Source: Eutreptiella sp. 'Long Island Sound 2002' (lineage: Eukaryota > Protista > Euglenida). From it: a stretch of 64,000 bases of DNA. The notes under the pieces are model-generated. The model did not search any database, was not told the origin of the DNA, and worked only from the letters and a program-made list of their open reading frames with translations. The position numbers and the translations under genes were made by a program. Positions 35,604 through 47,200 of this stretch are shown in pieces. How positions within the stretch are numbered: position 1 is the first letter of the stretch; each line of letters opens with the position of its first letter. Location: assembly GCA_964036045.1 (NCBI GenBank), contig OZ038378.1:169756001-169820000 (forward strand), written 5' to 3'.

Positions 35604-35864
35604 CTGAATGTGTAGAAATCCTTGCTTGATTTCTTCCTCGGAGTAACCACTGCGCCCCTCCTCCGAAGCAAGGGTCGCTGAGCGAAAATGTGCGTGTACC
35701 GCAAGGAGCACGTTCTCAAAGTTTGCATACTGCAGCTCTTGCGCCAAAAAGTCGTGGCATAGGGCCCCGTCAAAGATGTGGGGGTCCTGGAGCCTCGGCA
35801 ACACTATGGAAATCTTTGGTGGTGCAGCCCCGACGGGTTGCGGGAATTCGAACAGTGTGACGAC
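35604..35864 (-). CDS. Putative internal exon of an unknown gene
   Basis: 87-codon phase 0-0 segment (VVTLFEFPQP...GFLHIQ) bounded by a pyrimidine-rich CCGCAG acceptor and a CAG|GTGTGT donor. Confidence 0.3.
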
Positions 35865-36189
35865 CTGCGGAACACACAACCGGAGGAAGAAACCCTTGCG
35901 GTTGCTCAGCACGAAATCCCCATGAATTTATGCCGAGGCCGACTGTAGGCCCAAAATGCGTCACGGGGGCATAACACGGGCGCCCTGTGAGAGAGAGGAT
36001 AGTGGACAGCAGTGGTACTTTTGTGGCCGCAATCCTGGAGCTGTAAGAATGGCAGCAACTGTGCGTACACCAGCCCCACCCCCTCCCTTGCAGGTGCGCA
36101 GCGAGGGGCTGGAAGGATTGCATGCAGTGGCAGGCACGGGGGGCGGTGGGAACCGGTTCCCCTGCGACCTGCCTCCCAAATATCCGTTG

Positions 36190-37531
36190 ATACCTTGGGG
36201 GAGGGTCGCATACAAAGGCGCCACCGTGCTGTAGCCCTTTTGCCACACACCCCCTTCCACGGATATCAATTTGGTCATTTGAACCCTAAAATTCCCCTTG
36301 AGGAAAGATTGCGCGTGCCCAAGAAAAAATTCCTTGCTATTGTGGGCACAGGGCGGTAGAACGGACGGCCTGCTGTGGCACAGTAATAGTACAAGCACTC
36401 GCATTTTACTTGCTTTATATGCTGCATATTGACTTTGGGGACTGCTGGCCATAATGCCAGTAACACGCACGGGACCGAAGGCGAAGGACTGGAATGCAAC
36501 AATATGACCTGCTCCCCTGATTTTCCTCTGTGGTTGTGTTCTTCGACACGACTACTTATCATTTTCATGCTTTTGCACAATCAAATCATGAGTCCATGAT
36601 GACAGAACAGATTGGACCTGTTATCTTTTCAGCTGCATGGTTTAAACTGCAGATTCTGGATTTTGTTGTCGGGGGTTTTTGAAGTTGACACTAAATGGTA
36701 AGTGTGTTTTTGCTGTGTGCAAACACCCCTTTAGAGTACATCAAGGCAGACCTGCGCCCAACGACCGTGCCTAAGCGGCGTGACCTGAAGTACATCCTGA
36801 GAGATGGCTGGCTACATCTCTTGCCGTATTGTGTTCAGCCCTATTCCGATAATAGGGCTGGCGACATCTCCCCGACCATATTCTGACTCGCCAAAAACAA
36901 ATGGGGACAGGTGGAGAGAGTACAAGCTGAGGAAGGGAAGATAAAGCGTCCCAAACCACCCCTCCCGGCACAAAATAAAATACTTCCATGGTATTGACAC
37001 CCACTGACTCCCATTGAAAAAAAGAATGCAAAATGATGCTCCAAAGAGCACATTTCTTTGCCTGTGCTCAGGTCATTTGTGCTTCTGGTTGGGAGGTGAA
37101 AAATTGCCTAATTTGCGCACGATGCATGGTACGCACACTAAGCACACCCAATCATTGTGTCTGTACCAAACAGAAGAGTCCAATTATGGGGAAAAAAAAG
37201 GGTAGATCCCATTCAGTAGCCTGGCAATGAAGCTGGGTTTCTTGGCAGGACTTGGCAAGGCTCTGTGTTGCACCCCCCCCCCCAAAAACACACACGGAAA
37301 CACCCAGGACGCATTTTGATTATGTGGCTCTCTGTTCCTTTTACAATAATGGAATGGGACACACACCTCACGGAAGTCGGCCTCACCTTCCTCGTAGTAG
37401 AACACGACCACCCACTTGTGCATGTCCGACTCTTCAGGGGTGACCGTGAACTTTGGTGACTGCTGCTCTTGGCAACATTTCAGAACGGACCTCAGAATTC
37501 GTGGCATCGACATTCTGTAAGACGCAGCCAC
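36190..37531 (-). pseudogene. Possible ubiquitin-conjugating (E2/UBE2Q-like) gene fragment, apparently disrupted
   Basis: RILRSVLKCCQEQQSPKFTVTPEESDMHKWVVVFYYEEGEADFRE|GTGTGT resembles an E2 N-terminus, and AQSFLKGNFRVQM..KGYS resembles the UBE2Q-type C-terminus. The core segment is not recoverable in frame and no catalytic Cys was identified. Confidence 0.3.
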
Positions 37532-37749
37532 CTTCAGGCAGAATTCAACCCAGATCAGAAGAAGCCTTCGAGGTTATCACAGCTGCCTGCACAGAATGCT
37601 GCACGGCGCATGGCGCTAAAATACTGCACAGCTGCAGGGAAAGAGACCAAACACATTGGGAGGTGGCTTTAGCAAGCAAGGCAGAGAAGTAGAGAGCACA
37701 GCAGGGAAGGGTACAATGGCACCGGGCAGGGCAGGGCAGAGAAGGGCAA

Positions 37750-38265
37750 GCTGGGGATTTACCGGGTTTACAGTGCTTTTGGCCCCCCGGCCCCCACCTT
37801 GTGTAAATTGGTGTAAATTTTCCCAAAAGTGGCGTAAATTTCCTTCAAAAAAGTGTAAATTTAAGAGGAAGACGGTGTCACTCAACAACTCAACCAATCT
37901 GAAAAACTCATAATGTTGAGTTTTGATGATTGGTTGCTTGGGCCTTGTGACCCCAAATGGCGTTTTCCCACAGTTTGCATGGTTGGTTTGGTGTTTGCAT
38001 TAGAAAAAGTGTGTATGCATACTTATATATACCGGCAGGCTTGAGGTGCGGCAGACAGGATGAAGCCGACACCCCCAGTTGTAGCCTATTATTAGCATCC
38101 CATACCCCTCACCCGTGCAGGTCCATGGGGTTCCTGTGCGCTCAAGCAGGTTAACACACCATGTAGGCAACGAATTTACAGAAATTTACGCCACTTTTTG
38201 AGCAATCTACAAAAATTTACGTAATTTACAGCGTAAATTGGATTTGGCCCCCGGCCTCCCCCCAT
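37750..38265. repeat. Inverted-repeat (foldback-like) segment rich in GTAAATT/AATTTAC motifs
   Basis: AAAAGTGGCGTAAATTTC (~37826) and GAAATTTACGCCACTTTT (~38181) are exact inverted copies, with further GTAAATT motifs on both arms. Confidence 0.55.
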
Positions 38266-38449
38266 TATTTCCCGGCTTGGAGAAGGGGAGAGGAAACAGA
38301 ATGAGGAGGAGAAGAATAGCTCGTCTACCATATTCCCTCATGAGGTGCATCATCCGCCCCATGTGAAAACCTTGGACTGCAAACCATGTGCAGTGTGAAC
38401 CTTAAATGATGCTGCATCTAGGCAGTCAGGTGCAATTAGGGAGACTGGG

Positions 38450-40000
38450 TCTTACACCTACCATACCTAAGATGAAGCACACTGATGCGGGCACCCTGGC
38501 TCAAAACCGAGAGCTGCCCCACAAGCTGATGCAACCAAAATTGATTGGGTCCATACACAGACTGCATTCTAAGATAGAGGGAGAATCCTTGCACTGTGTG
38601 ATACATACATGTGATAAATGTGATACATATTGTCCGAAAAAGCCTCCAAAGACTCCCAAAAAATTGACCCCACCAAACAAGACTCTGAGGAACCCAGCTA
38701 TGCGGTGCTGTTCCCTACCTTCCTTGAAGCTAAAAGATGCAACATACAGAACTGGTGGCAACATCGTTCCGTCACCTTGGGGAGTGACAGATTTTTTTTG
38801 GGGGACAGCCCTGTCCTACAAACCAACACACCACAGCCTGCCTTAGCCCAAAGTGCGTCGCGATGCATGTTACCATTGGTATCACGCAACCCATTACTAT
38901 CATCAAAACTCCCCAACATCATCACCAGCAGTTTGTGTCCCATCATCAAACGAGGTCCTACAAATGAGAAACGTTGTTGCGTCATACCTAAGTTACCACC
39001 ACAGGACACCACCACAGGACATATCAAACTAGCCCCTCATTTGTGCAATCCTTGAGCCTAAATCTTCAACCAACTTGGAAACCAATTAATCTAAGTACCA
39101 AAAAAATGCGGTCCAAACACGAAATATTCATCGGACATGGGGGAGTGTACCTGAATAAGAGCTATGAATGCATGCAAAATGTGCACAAATTGTCAGCTTC
39201 AACTCAGCAAACCATGTATTGATCGCTAGACTCTGATGCCAAGCATTCTTTGCGAGGGTGTGTGTTCATTGTCTAACCCACAGGCCTTGCAATGGGCGGT
39301 CTTGCAGCCGGCACATACCTGTGACCCACACAAACCGGATGCATAATACACACCATGAAGCGACGAGTACTTGGGGCAGGGCATGAAGGTTTCATTCTGT
39401 TTACACCTGCAAGACTCAGGTGAGGTCACACCCATCTCCCCATTGTCGTTAAGATGGTGGTGCCATTGGAAGCATCGGCATGCAATGCAGCCAATGCCAT
39501 TTCATGCAACAAGCACAATACATTGTGAGGTAATTGCATGGCGCCATTGACAACACATCTAGACATAGCACAATTCAACACCAGAGACATCCTGAATGGC
39601 ACCTCAAAGCAGTTTGTTTAATGAAAGTGGAGTAGACAGGTGTGCTATTCCAAGAGCAACACTACCCAAAACATCCACAGTATTTTGCCGCTCCCTCTGC
39701 AGTGTTGGCATGCCACTCCTTGTTTTGGGAGAAAGGATGGCGCTTTGACAGCCAAGCATCAATTAGTAAATGATGTGCATGGGCGGAACAAAGCACATAT
39801 TGATGGAGCAACTTTTTGTCCAATTGTAGCATTTGGGGTCTAGTTTGGAGCATGAGGTGTGGAAGTCCAAATAAATTGCATCAGTTTGTCTGTATTTTGT
39901 TGCAGGTTTGCACAATGTGGGGTTGGGAAGAAGGTTGGTTGCCCGCCTTATGGAGCATACATGAGGGGGAACGTGTTTGGAAGACTACTGCAACACGGCT
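38450..40000 (-). mobile_element. Possible decayed LINE 3' fragment
   Basis: DALWAK..G and GCISLWGSSR segments resemble those in the 15-18 kb element; multiple stops and frameshifts. Confidence 0.28.
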
Positions 40001-40679
40001 GCCATGCAAGATGATGGTGGGGATGAGGTTGCTGTGCACTTTGTGCTACCAGGAGCTAATCACCAAAACGTGTGGTGAACGGAAGGAAAAATATTGCGCA
40101 AAACATATTCACCCACACACTTGTGGGGACGGAACTGCCACATTTTTGCTGCAATTTGAATTGACAGATTTGCTTTTGTGTTGTGCGCTCTGCAAACACG
40201 GGTTTGGAGTTGAGTTGGCTAGTGGGAGCCCATATCCTTGAGGTGTGACTCCCACTTTGTCAGATCAGTATTGAACTTGAAGAAGTGGCCACCCACCAAT
40301 AGCTCCTCATAACTGTGAAGCTCATGAAAGAAGAGAACACCGAAAACAGTAGTGCTCAGCATGACTATCCTATGAGGCTGAGATCACAGGCAGGGCTGTA
40401 TGGCAGGCGTCCAATTTGTGCCACATCGCTGATTTGCTGAGCTGGGGACAGAGCTGAGCTCCATGGCTGTACAGGCGGGCTATCACCTGGACAAGCAGTG
40501 TGCTGCAATTCCACGGTTCTACTCCCAGCGCCAGCCCAGCAGTCGTTCTGACTGTTGCTCGATCTGGCACCTGTGGTCTACAGTTGGGTGAACATATCCG
40601 ATATGTGTCTGCAAATACAAGACAAAAGAACCGCAACAAGGACTTAGTATTGGGACCGAGATTGTGGGCAAGAGCTTAC

Positions 40680-41030
40680 ACACTGCACAGTGCACGGTTT
40701 GCACATTCCACTGTGCACTCTTCACACCATACAGTGAGTGGGTGCACAATACTATGCACTCACTATGCACTCTGCGAATCATGCACCTTGCACTCTATAC
40801 ACTACAAATTGTACACCCTGCACATTGCACTACCCTTTTCGCGTGGTGTGCACACTGTGCCTCTGCCCTGGCACTCTGCACATAGCATCATACTCTCTGC
40901 ACATATTTCACAATGCATATTGCACATTACACCATCCAGATTGCGCACTGCACAGTGCGCACTGTGACGTTGTATTGTGCACTCTGCACACTGTTCTGCC
41001 TGCCTCAGCCCTGCCCCCTGAGCACTGCAA
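40680..41030. repeat. Degenerate TGCAC-rich satellite
   Basis: Dense TGCAC/TGCACA motifs throughout. Confidence 0.65.
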
Positions 41031-42226
41031 AACAGAGAAGAGGGCCACATTCCACGGACAGCACGGACGAGACGAATTGTTGTGGGAGCTGTCCAAACTA
41101 CACCCCAGGCAGGCTGGGATATAGACACCAGGGCGGCGGGTGGGCTGAGGCCCCCCCCACACAGAAATAACAAAAGACTGGGGAGGGATTAGGTAAGAGG
41201 GGGGGGGGGGGGGGGCAGGGCCGGAGTTGGGGAGGGGTTGTGCTGGGCCCCAGTGGCAGAACTTTCGTTACCTCTGCTGCGCTACACCAACTGCAGTCCT
41301 TGCAACATGCACATCGCGCTTTGTACTCTGCAGACCACATTTTGCACCATGCAAATCACACATTGTGTACTATGAACCATACATTGGATTGCAAAATGTG
41401 CACACTTCATTTTGTACGGTGCACTTTTGAGGCCCTTGGGGCTTTTGCAGTGAGAACGAGGGTCAAATTGAGGCTCAGAATTGAGGGTGCCTCAGCGCAC
41501 CGCTTGCTGAGGTAGACTTGTCACTTACCGGTGTAGTGCACATCCTTTTCAAGCAGGGACGCGGTCACCAAAGGGGTTAGCATGCAATGGTCCACTCCAC
41601 TCCAAGGACCTCATCCCCAGGGAATCGAGCCGCCCACACCCCCTGCCAAGGAGGCCGTTCTGTGACAGATAAAGGGTCACGGCTCCCACAGCCCCCCCCC
41701 AAAAAAAGAGGCGCGTACTTGTGCACACTGGCAGTACACTGATCGAAAAAGGCAGCGGGGAGAATGGAGGTGCTCCCAATAAAATATGACCCCAACATTG
41801 TTAATCCCACCCAAACACAACAATTGGCCACCTATTTGTGATGCCACGGCCCCTGCGACCGCTTTTGGGCAACATTCCATGGTACCGCCGTTCTACGCCA
41901 ACCGGGCCTCAGCGCACCGCACGCAAGGCACCCTCAGTGCCTTCTCCTTCTTCACCAAAACGCCACAAACTGCCGTTTTCGCATGCTAGACCAACCCTAA
42001 TCATTTTAGGGCAATTTTGACATCCAGCTAATTTTGGCCCATTTTTGGTGCCAAAATGGCCACCTGCGTGTCGGTTTTGAGTGGAATCCCATTTTGACAT
42101 ATGGCCGACAATAAAATGACAATTCACTTGCCCTTCATCCGCATTCCACTGTTCCCCCGTTCCAACTACCGACATAGTAAGTTTCTGTCTTACGGAGGAC
42201 CGCAAAAAAGAAAAGGTATGTAAATT

Positions 42227-42812
42227 CTATTGTCTTTGGCAAGGCACCTTGAAGAGAGGCCGGCAGTCAGCGAATCAGTCAGTCAGGCAGGCAAGCAGTC
42301 AGTCAGGCAGTCAATCGGGCAAGCAGGCAGGCAGGCAGAAACACACAGTTTGGCTTTTTTTCAGTTGCGGACTATGATTACAAACATTGGGGAACCCCAG
42401 GTGTGCAAGAAAACTCAGTGGTCGAGTGGTCGAACACCTGGCAAAAGAATGGCCCAGAGCAGGTTGGAATCCCGGTCGGCGGATCGGCGATTGTTGGCTC
42501 AGCTGATCGGCCCCCTGAGCCCTTTTTTGTATACTCGACCCCGGTTCAAATCCTTCTAACCACAAACTTTTGACCCCCCCTCTCCCACGCCCCAACCCCC
42601 CCTCAAAAAAAATGGTTTCCAGTTTCAGGGGGATAGAGGCCTCAAAATCAAAAAAATATTTGAGGGATTGTTTTGTCGGGCACAATAATGATTTTACAAG
42701 GGGTTGGACATCCAATATCATGCCTTGGGGTATGCTACACGAATGACCCCCAAAAAGTGGGGGTGTATGGCGTCCGCGCCTGCGCCTGATCCAACAACCT
42801 CTCTTCGAGGCG
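42227..42812 (-). mobile_element. Asymmetric-subTIR/hairpin element, subfamily A, copy A3
   Basis: ATT|CTATTGTCTTTGGCAAGGCACCTTGAAGAGAG ... CTCTCTTCGAGGCG|ATT. Same microsatellite and right-end core as A2, but a different central segment. Confidence 0.8.
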
Positions 42813-42920
42813 ATTTCACGGTGAAAGGGGACAGTAGTTGGTGGCCTCAGGGTTCAGCGGTTTCAGCGGCAGTCATCACGCAGCAGTGTGCACAGAGCTC
42901 CGGAACACTTCTGTTATTGA

Positions 42921-45900
42921 ACTATGGGGTCAAAGAATCATCATCTGGGATGAACAATATGTACAAGGGATCCCTGTCCCGCAATATCGATACACACACA
43001 CAGACACAGACACACACACTCACACCTGACACGTCACTCTATGGCAAAACAAAAGTTATTTGCACAACTTTAGATGCACCCATCCACCAGGCACTTGAGG
43101 AACCGGTTGTGGATGATCAGAAAAGCAAGACGGAATCAAAGAGTTGGGTCATGGGAAGGCGGCCAGATGATAATACCTCCAATGTCGGTCAGTCCAATCC
43201 ATCAGCCGGATCCTTGTCGTCCGCTCCGACGGCCCTGGTCCACCCGAGTCAGCTTGTCCAGGGTCAGCCGAAGGTGACGCGGGTCTCCCCGGGGGCTGCA
43301 CCCCCAACTTAAGCACGTCGCCAGGCAAGGAAAACGCGGCCTAGCACGTCTATGCGCACTGCCTGCGGGCTGAGTACCGCCGGCGGCGCGAGTACGGTCA
43401 CGCTACACGATGACGCGCACTGCCGGTGGCCTGGGTACCCCCGAGTTTGTGAGTGCGGGACATGCATCACAGCTACAGCACCACGGTGGTGTATCGCTAT
43501 GGAGTCCTCCGGTGACGTTGACGCAAGGCCGCAGAGGCCGGCTCCTGATGACAGGCCCCACGGTACGTGCACCGAGGTGGTGCGTGGCTGAGGAGCTGGC
43601 ACCACGACGGCGCTTGGGCGAGGTGGCAAGTGTCGCCAATGACACAGGAGGCGGTCAGTGCCGCTAACGACACCTCACCTATGCATGAGGTGTCATGGAG
43701 GTGGGCAGAGCACCAGGTGCAGACTCCCCCATGGTGCCTCAAATATTGGCCTGGAGGAAACACCACGGCAAGGCTGGCGCAATAGCAACGATAGTTCGGG
43801 CAGCACCACGGTGGCGCTTTGCCCTAGAAGCCGCGCCACGACGGCGTACACGTATGTTGGCGGCACTACAGTGGTGCTCTGCCAACGAGCTGGCGCCACG
43901 CTGGCGCACGGTTGTCTGCGCGGCACCACGATGGCGCTCTGCCTTGGAGGTCGCGCCACGATGGCGCACCCGTTCGTCGGCGGCACCACGGTGGTGCTCT
44001 GCCACTGAGCTGGCGCCACGACGGCGCACGGTTGTTTGGGCGGCACCGTGGTGGCGCTCTACCCCGGAGGTCGCGCCATGACGGCACACTTGTATGTGGG
44101 CGGCACCAGTTGTCAAAAAAAAGAACTCAAGTTCATGAAGCGGACACCCCCGGACAATCGCACATGAACAATGAAGCAGCCAAGTGGCCATCTTACATGG
44201 CCTTTTTGACCAGTTCCCTCCCCAAGATCAGCCCCCACAATGACAAACCAGAAAAAAGGCCGAAGAACCTGGCCGCGGAGTGATTGAGCAGGCATCATCT
44301 GTCCGATTAGAGGAACACGCGAACCACTATGGGGTCAAAGAATCATCATCTGGGATGAACAATATGTACAAGGGATCCCTGTCCCGCAATATCGATACAC
44401 ACACACAGACACAGACACACACACTCACACCTGACACGTCACTCTATGGCAAAACAAAAGTTATTTGCACAACTTTAGATGCACCCATCCACCAGGCACT
44501 TGAGGAACCGGTTGTGGATGATCAGAAAAGCAAGACGGAATCAAAGAGTTGGGTCATGGGAAGGCGGCCAGATGATAATACCTCCAATGGTTGAGGCACC
44601 AGTCGTGATCAGCCTGAAAATATGATGCACAGACTGAGGAAAACCTCATGATGAGTATCGGAGTGTATTGTTCATCAGCTGTGAAATTTGTGACTCATCT
44701 TGCCTTTCGACTGCAGCAGAAATACAGGAACATCAAAGGCCATACACAACGGGGATAGAACAAGCGGAACTTGATAAGCAGTGGACGAAATTCAACGGTG
44801 ATCCACAAAAGGCCTCAAAACGTCGAACAATGGCCCGAATGATTACCCCGGGGACGTGGGCGATCCGTAGGCTCTGGCGAAGCAGTCAAATACACATTTG
44901 GGCACAGCCGAAACAGTGCTGCAGGCCAGCAGTCATGCAGTCACCAACGCCGCGGAAACAATGGACTGACGCTTAAAGAATATTCGGAGGCCAAATCTCA
45001 ACACCAGCTCATACAATGTTCTGCTGAGCACAGCGGTGTGCAGGAGCACACCTCAGTAAGTCATAAGGGGCATTGTTGCATGGTGTGCAAGTTGTCAAAA
45101 AAAAGAACTCAAGTTCATGAAGCGGACACCCCCGGACAATCGCACATGAACAATGAAGCAGCCAAGTGGCCATCTTACATGGCCTTTTTGACCAGTTCCC
45201 TCCCCAAGATCAGCCCCCACAATGACAAACCAGAAAAAAGGCCGAAGAACCTGGCCGCGGAGTGATTGAGCAGGCATCATCTGTCCGATTAGAGGAACAC
45301 GCGAACCACTATGGGGTCAAAGAATCATCATCTGGGATGAACAATATGTACAAGGGATCCCTGTCCCGCAATATCGATACACACACACAGACACAGACAC
45401 ACACACTCACACCTGACACGTCACTCTATGGCAAAACAAAAGTTATTTGCACAACTTTAGATGCACCCATCCACCAGGCACTTGAGGAACCGGTTGTGGA
45501 TGATCAGAAAAGCAAGACGGAATCAAAGAGTTGGGTCATGGGAAGGCGGCCAGATGATAATACCTCCAATGGTTGAGGCACCAGTCGTGATCAGCCTGAA
45601 AATATGATGCACAGACTGAGGAAAACCTCATGATGAGTATCGGAGTGTATTGTTCATCAGCTGTGAAATTTGTGACTCATCTTGCCTTTCGACTGCAGCA
45701 GAAATACAGGAACATCAAAGGCCATACACAACGGGGATAGAACAAGCGGAACTTGATAAGCAGTGGACGAAATTCAACGGTGATCCACAAAAGGCCTCAA
45801 AACGTCGAACAATGGCCCGAATGATTACCCCGGGGACGTGGGCGATCCGTAGGCTCTGGCGAAGCAGTCAAATACACATTTGGGCACAGCCGAAACAGTG

Positions 45901-46291
45901 CTGCAGGCCAGCAGTCATGCAGTCACCAACGCCGCGGAAACAATGGACTGACGCTTAAAGAATATTCGGAGGCCAAATCTCAACACCAGCTCATACAATG
46001 TTCTGCTGAGCACAGCGGTGTGCAGGAGCACACCTCAGTAAGTCATAAGGGGCATTGTTGCATGGTGTGCAAGTTGTCAAAAAAAAGAACTCAAGTTCAT
46101 GAAGCGGACACCCCCGGACAATCGCACATGAACAATGAAGCAGCCAAGTGGCCATCTTACATGGCCTTTTTGACCAGTTCCCTCCCCAAGATCAGCCCCC
46201 ACAATGACAAACCAGAAAAAAGGCCGAAGAACCTGGCCGCGGAGTGATTGAGCAGGCATCATCTGTCCGATTAGAGGAACACGCGAACCAC
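42921..46291. mobile_element. Split-direct-repeat element with layout Y-P-X-Y-Z-X-Y-Z-X, including a 982-bp tandem duplication
   Basis: Y = 42921-43184 = 44326-44589 = 45308-45571 (264 bp). X = 44108-44327 = 45090-45309 = 46072-46291. Z = 44590-45089, duplicated at +982. P = 43185-44107, unique. The copies appear identical by eye and by their ORF translations. Confidence 0.75.
43803..44107. repeat. 30-bp-period array of 15-bp imperfect palindromes (GCRCCA-nnn-TGGYGC) with 60/120-bp higher-order structure
   Basis: Units start at 43803, 43833, 43863 ... 44073 (10 full units plus a partial one at 44103). Degenerate copies occur upstream at ~43478, 43569 and 43599. Confidence 0.85.
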
Positions 46292-46789
46292 CGGGCTCCA
46301 GCCATACATGGAGAAGCCCGCCATGGTGCAGGCCTCCATTGACAAGCGCCTGGGAACAATGTAGAACCCTCAACAGGGGGTTGCAAGAGTGGTTTGCACC
46401 GGTTGCACGGGCGGTGGGTTGTATTCGCACAGCCCTTGAGAATTGCACTCTGTGCAATGAACCCCCTGTCCCCCAAAACCCATACTCTCTGGTTAAGCAA
46501 AGGCTGCAAGACCTGTTTACAAGCAGTAGGGGATCGAGAGAAGCCTGTGTAGAGAGAAGGGGGCGAACGTCCAGAATGTGAAATCCTGTCGGTACGTCTG
46601 TACAGTCTTCGTACGTCCAACGTGTGGATTACGGGGCCAGAGATGTCCTTTGGTTTGCTCTTCCTCAGTGTCACCTCCGGTTTGCTGTTGTTGCTACGTT
46701 TTTTCGTCCAGGCATCACAGTTGTTGCGCTAGGGTTTAGAAGTGGTGGCGGGGGTCAGGTCAGACCTGGAGATAGAGTGTATCCACACC

Positions 46790-47050
46790 GGCACGGGATA
46801 CACACTTTTTGTTTTTGGGATACACACAGGATACCCACTCTAGAACCCTGGGATACACATGTGATACATGCAAACCATGAAAAAAAAGAGAGAAATCTTG
46901 GCCATCCCCCACAGGATACATGCTATGGTAACATGCACCCTGTAACATACACATGTGATACACACACTTGAAAGTTGGGATACACATTGGACACACACTT
47001 CTAAAGCCTGGGATACAGTCGGATACAATAATTACAAGTTTTGGGATACA
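46790..47050. repeat. Degenerate GATACAC repeat tract
   Basis: Recurrent GGATACAC/GATACA motifs just downstream of the ART-ankyrin gene stop. Confidence 0.55.
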
Positions 47051-47200
47051 CTCTACCTCCAGGACTGGGTCAGGTATTAAGTACATAAGCATCGCTACAC
47101 AGCGACTCTCCTGTTCCCAGTTCAAGACTGTCACTGGAGACAGCAACAATAATAAGCAGCAACAACATAGAGAGACAGGGGAGAGTTTACTTCTCAATTG

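Noticed and set aside
43803-44107. CRISPR array
   Set aside because: Spacers are only 15 bp and related to each other with 60/120-bp periodicity, there are no cas genes, and the context is eukaryotic.
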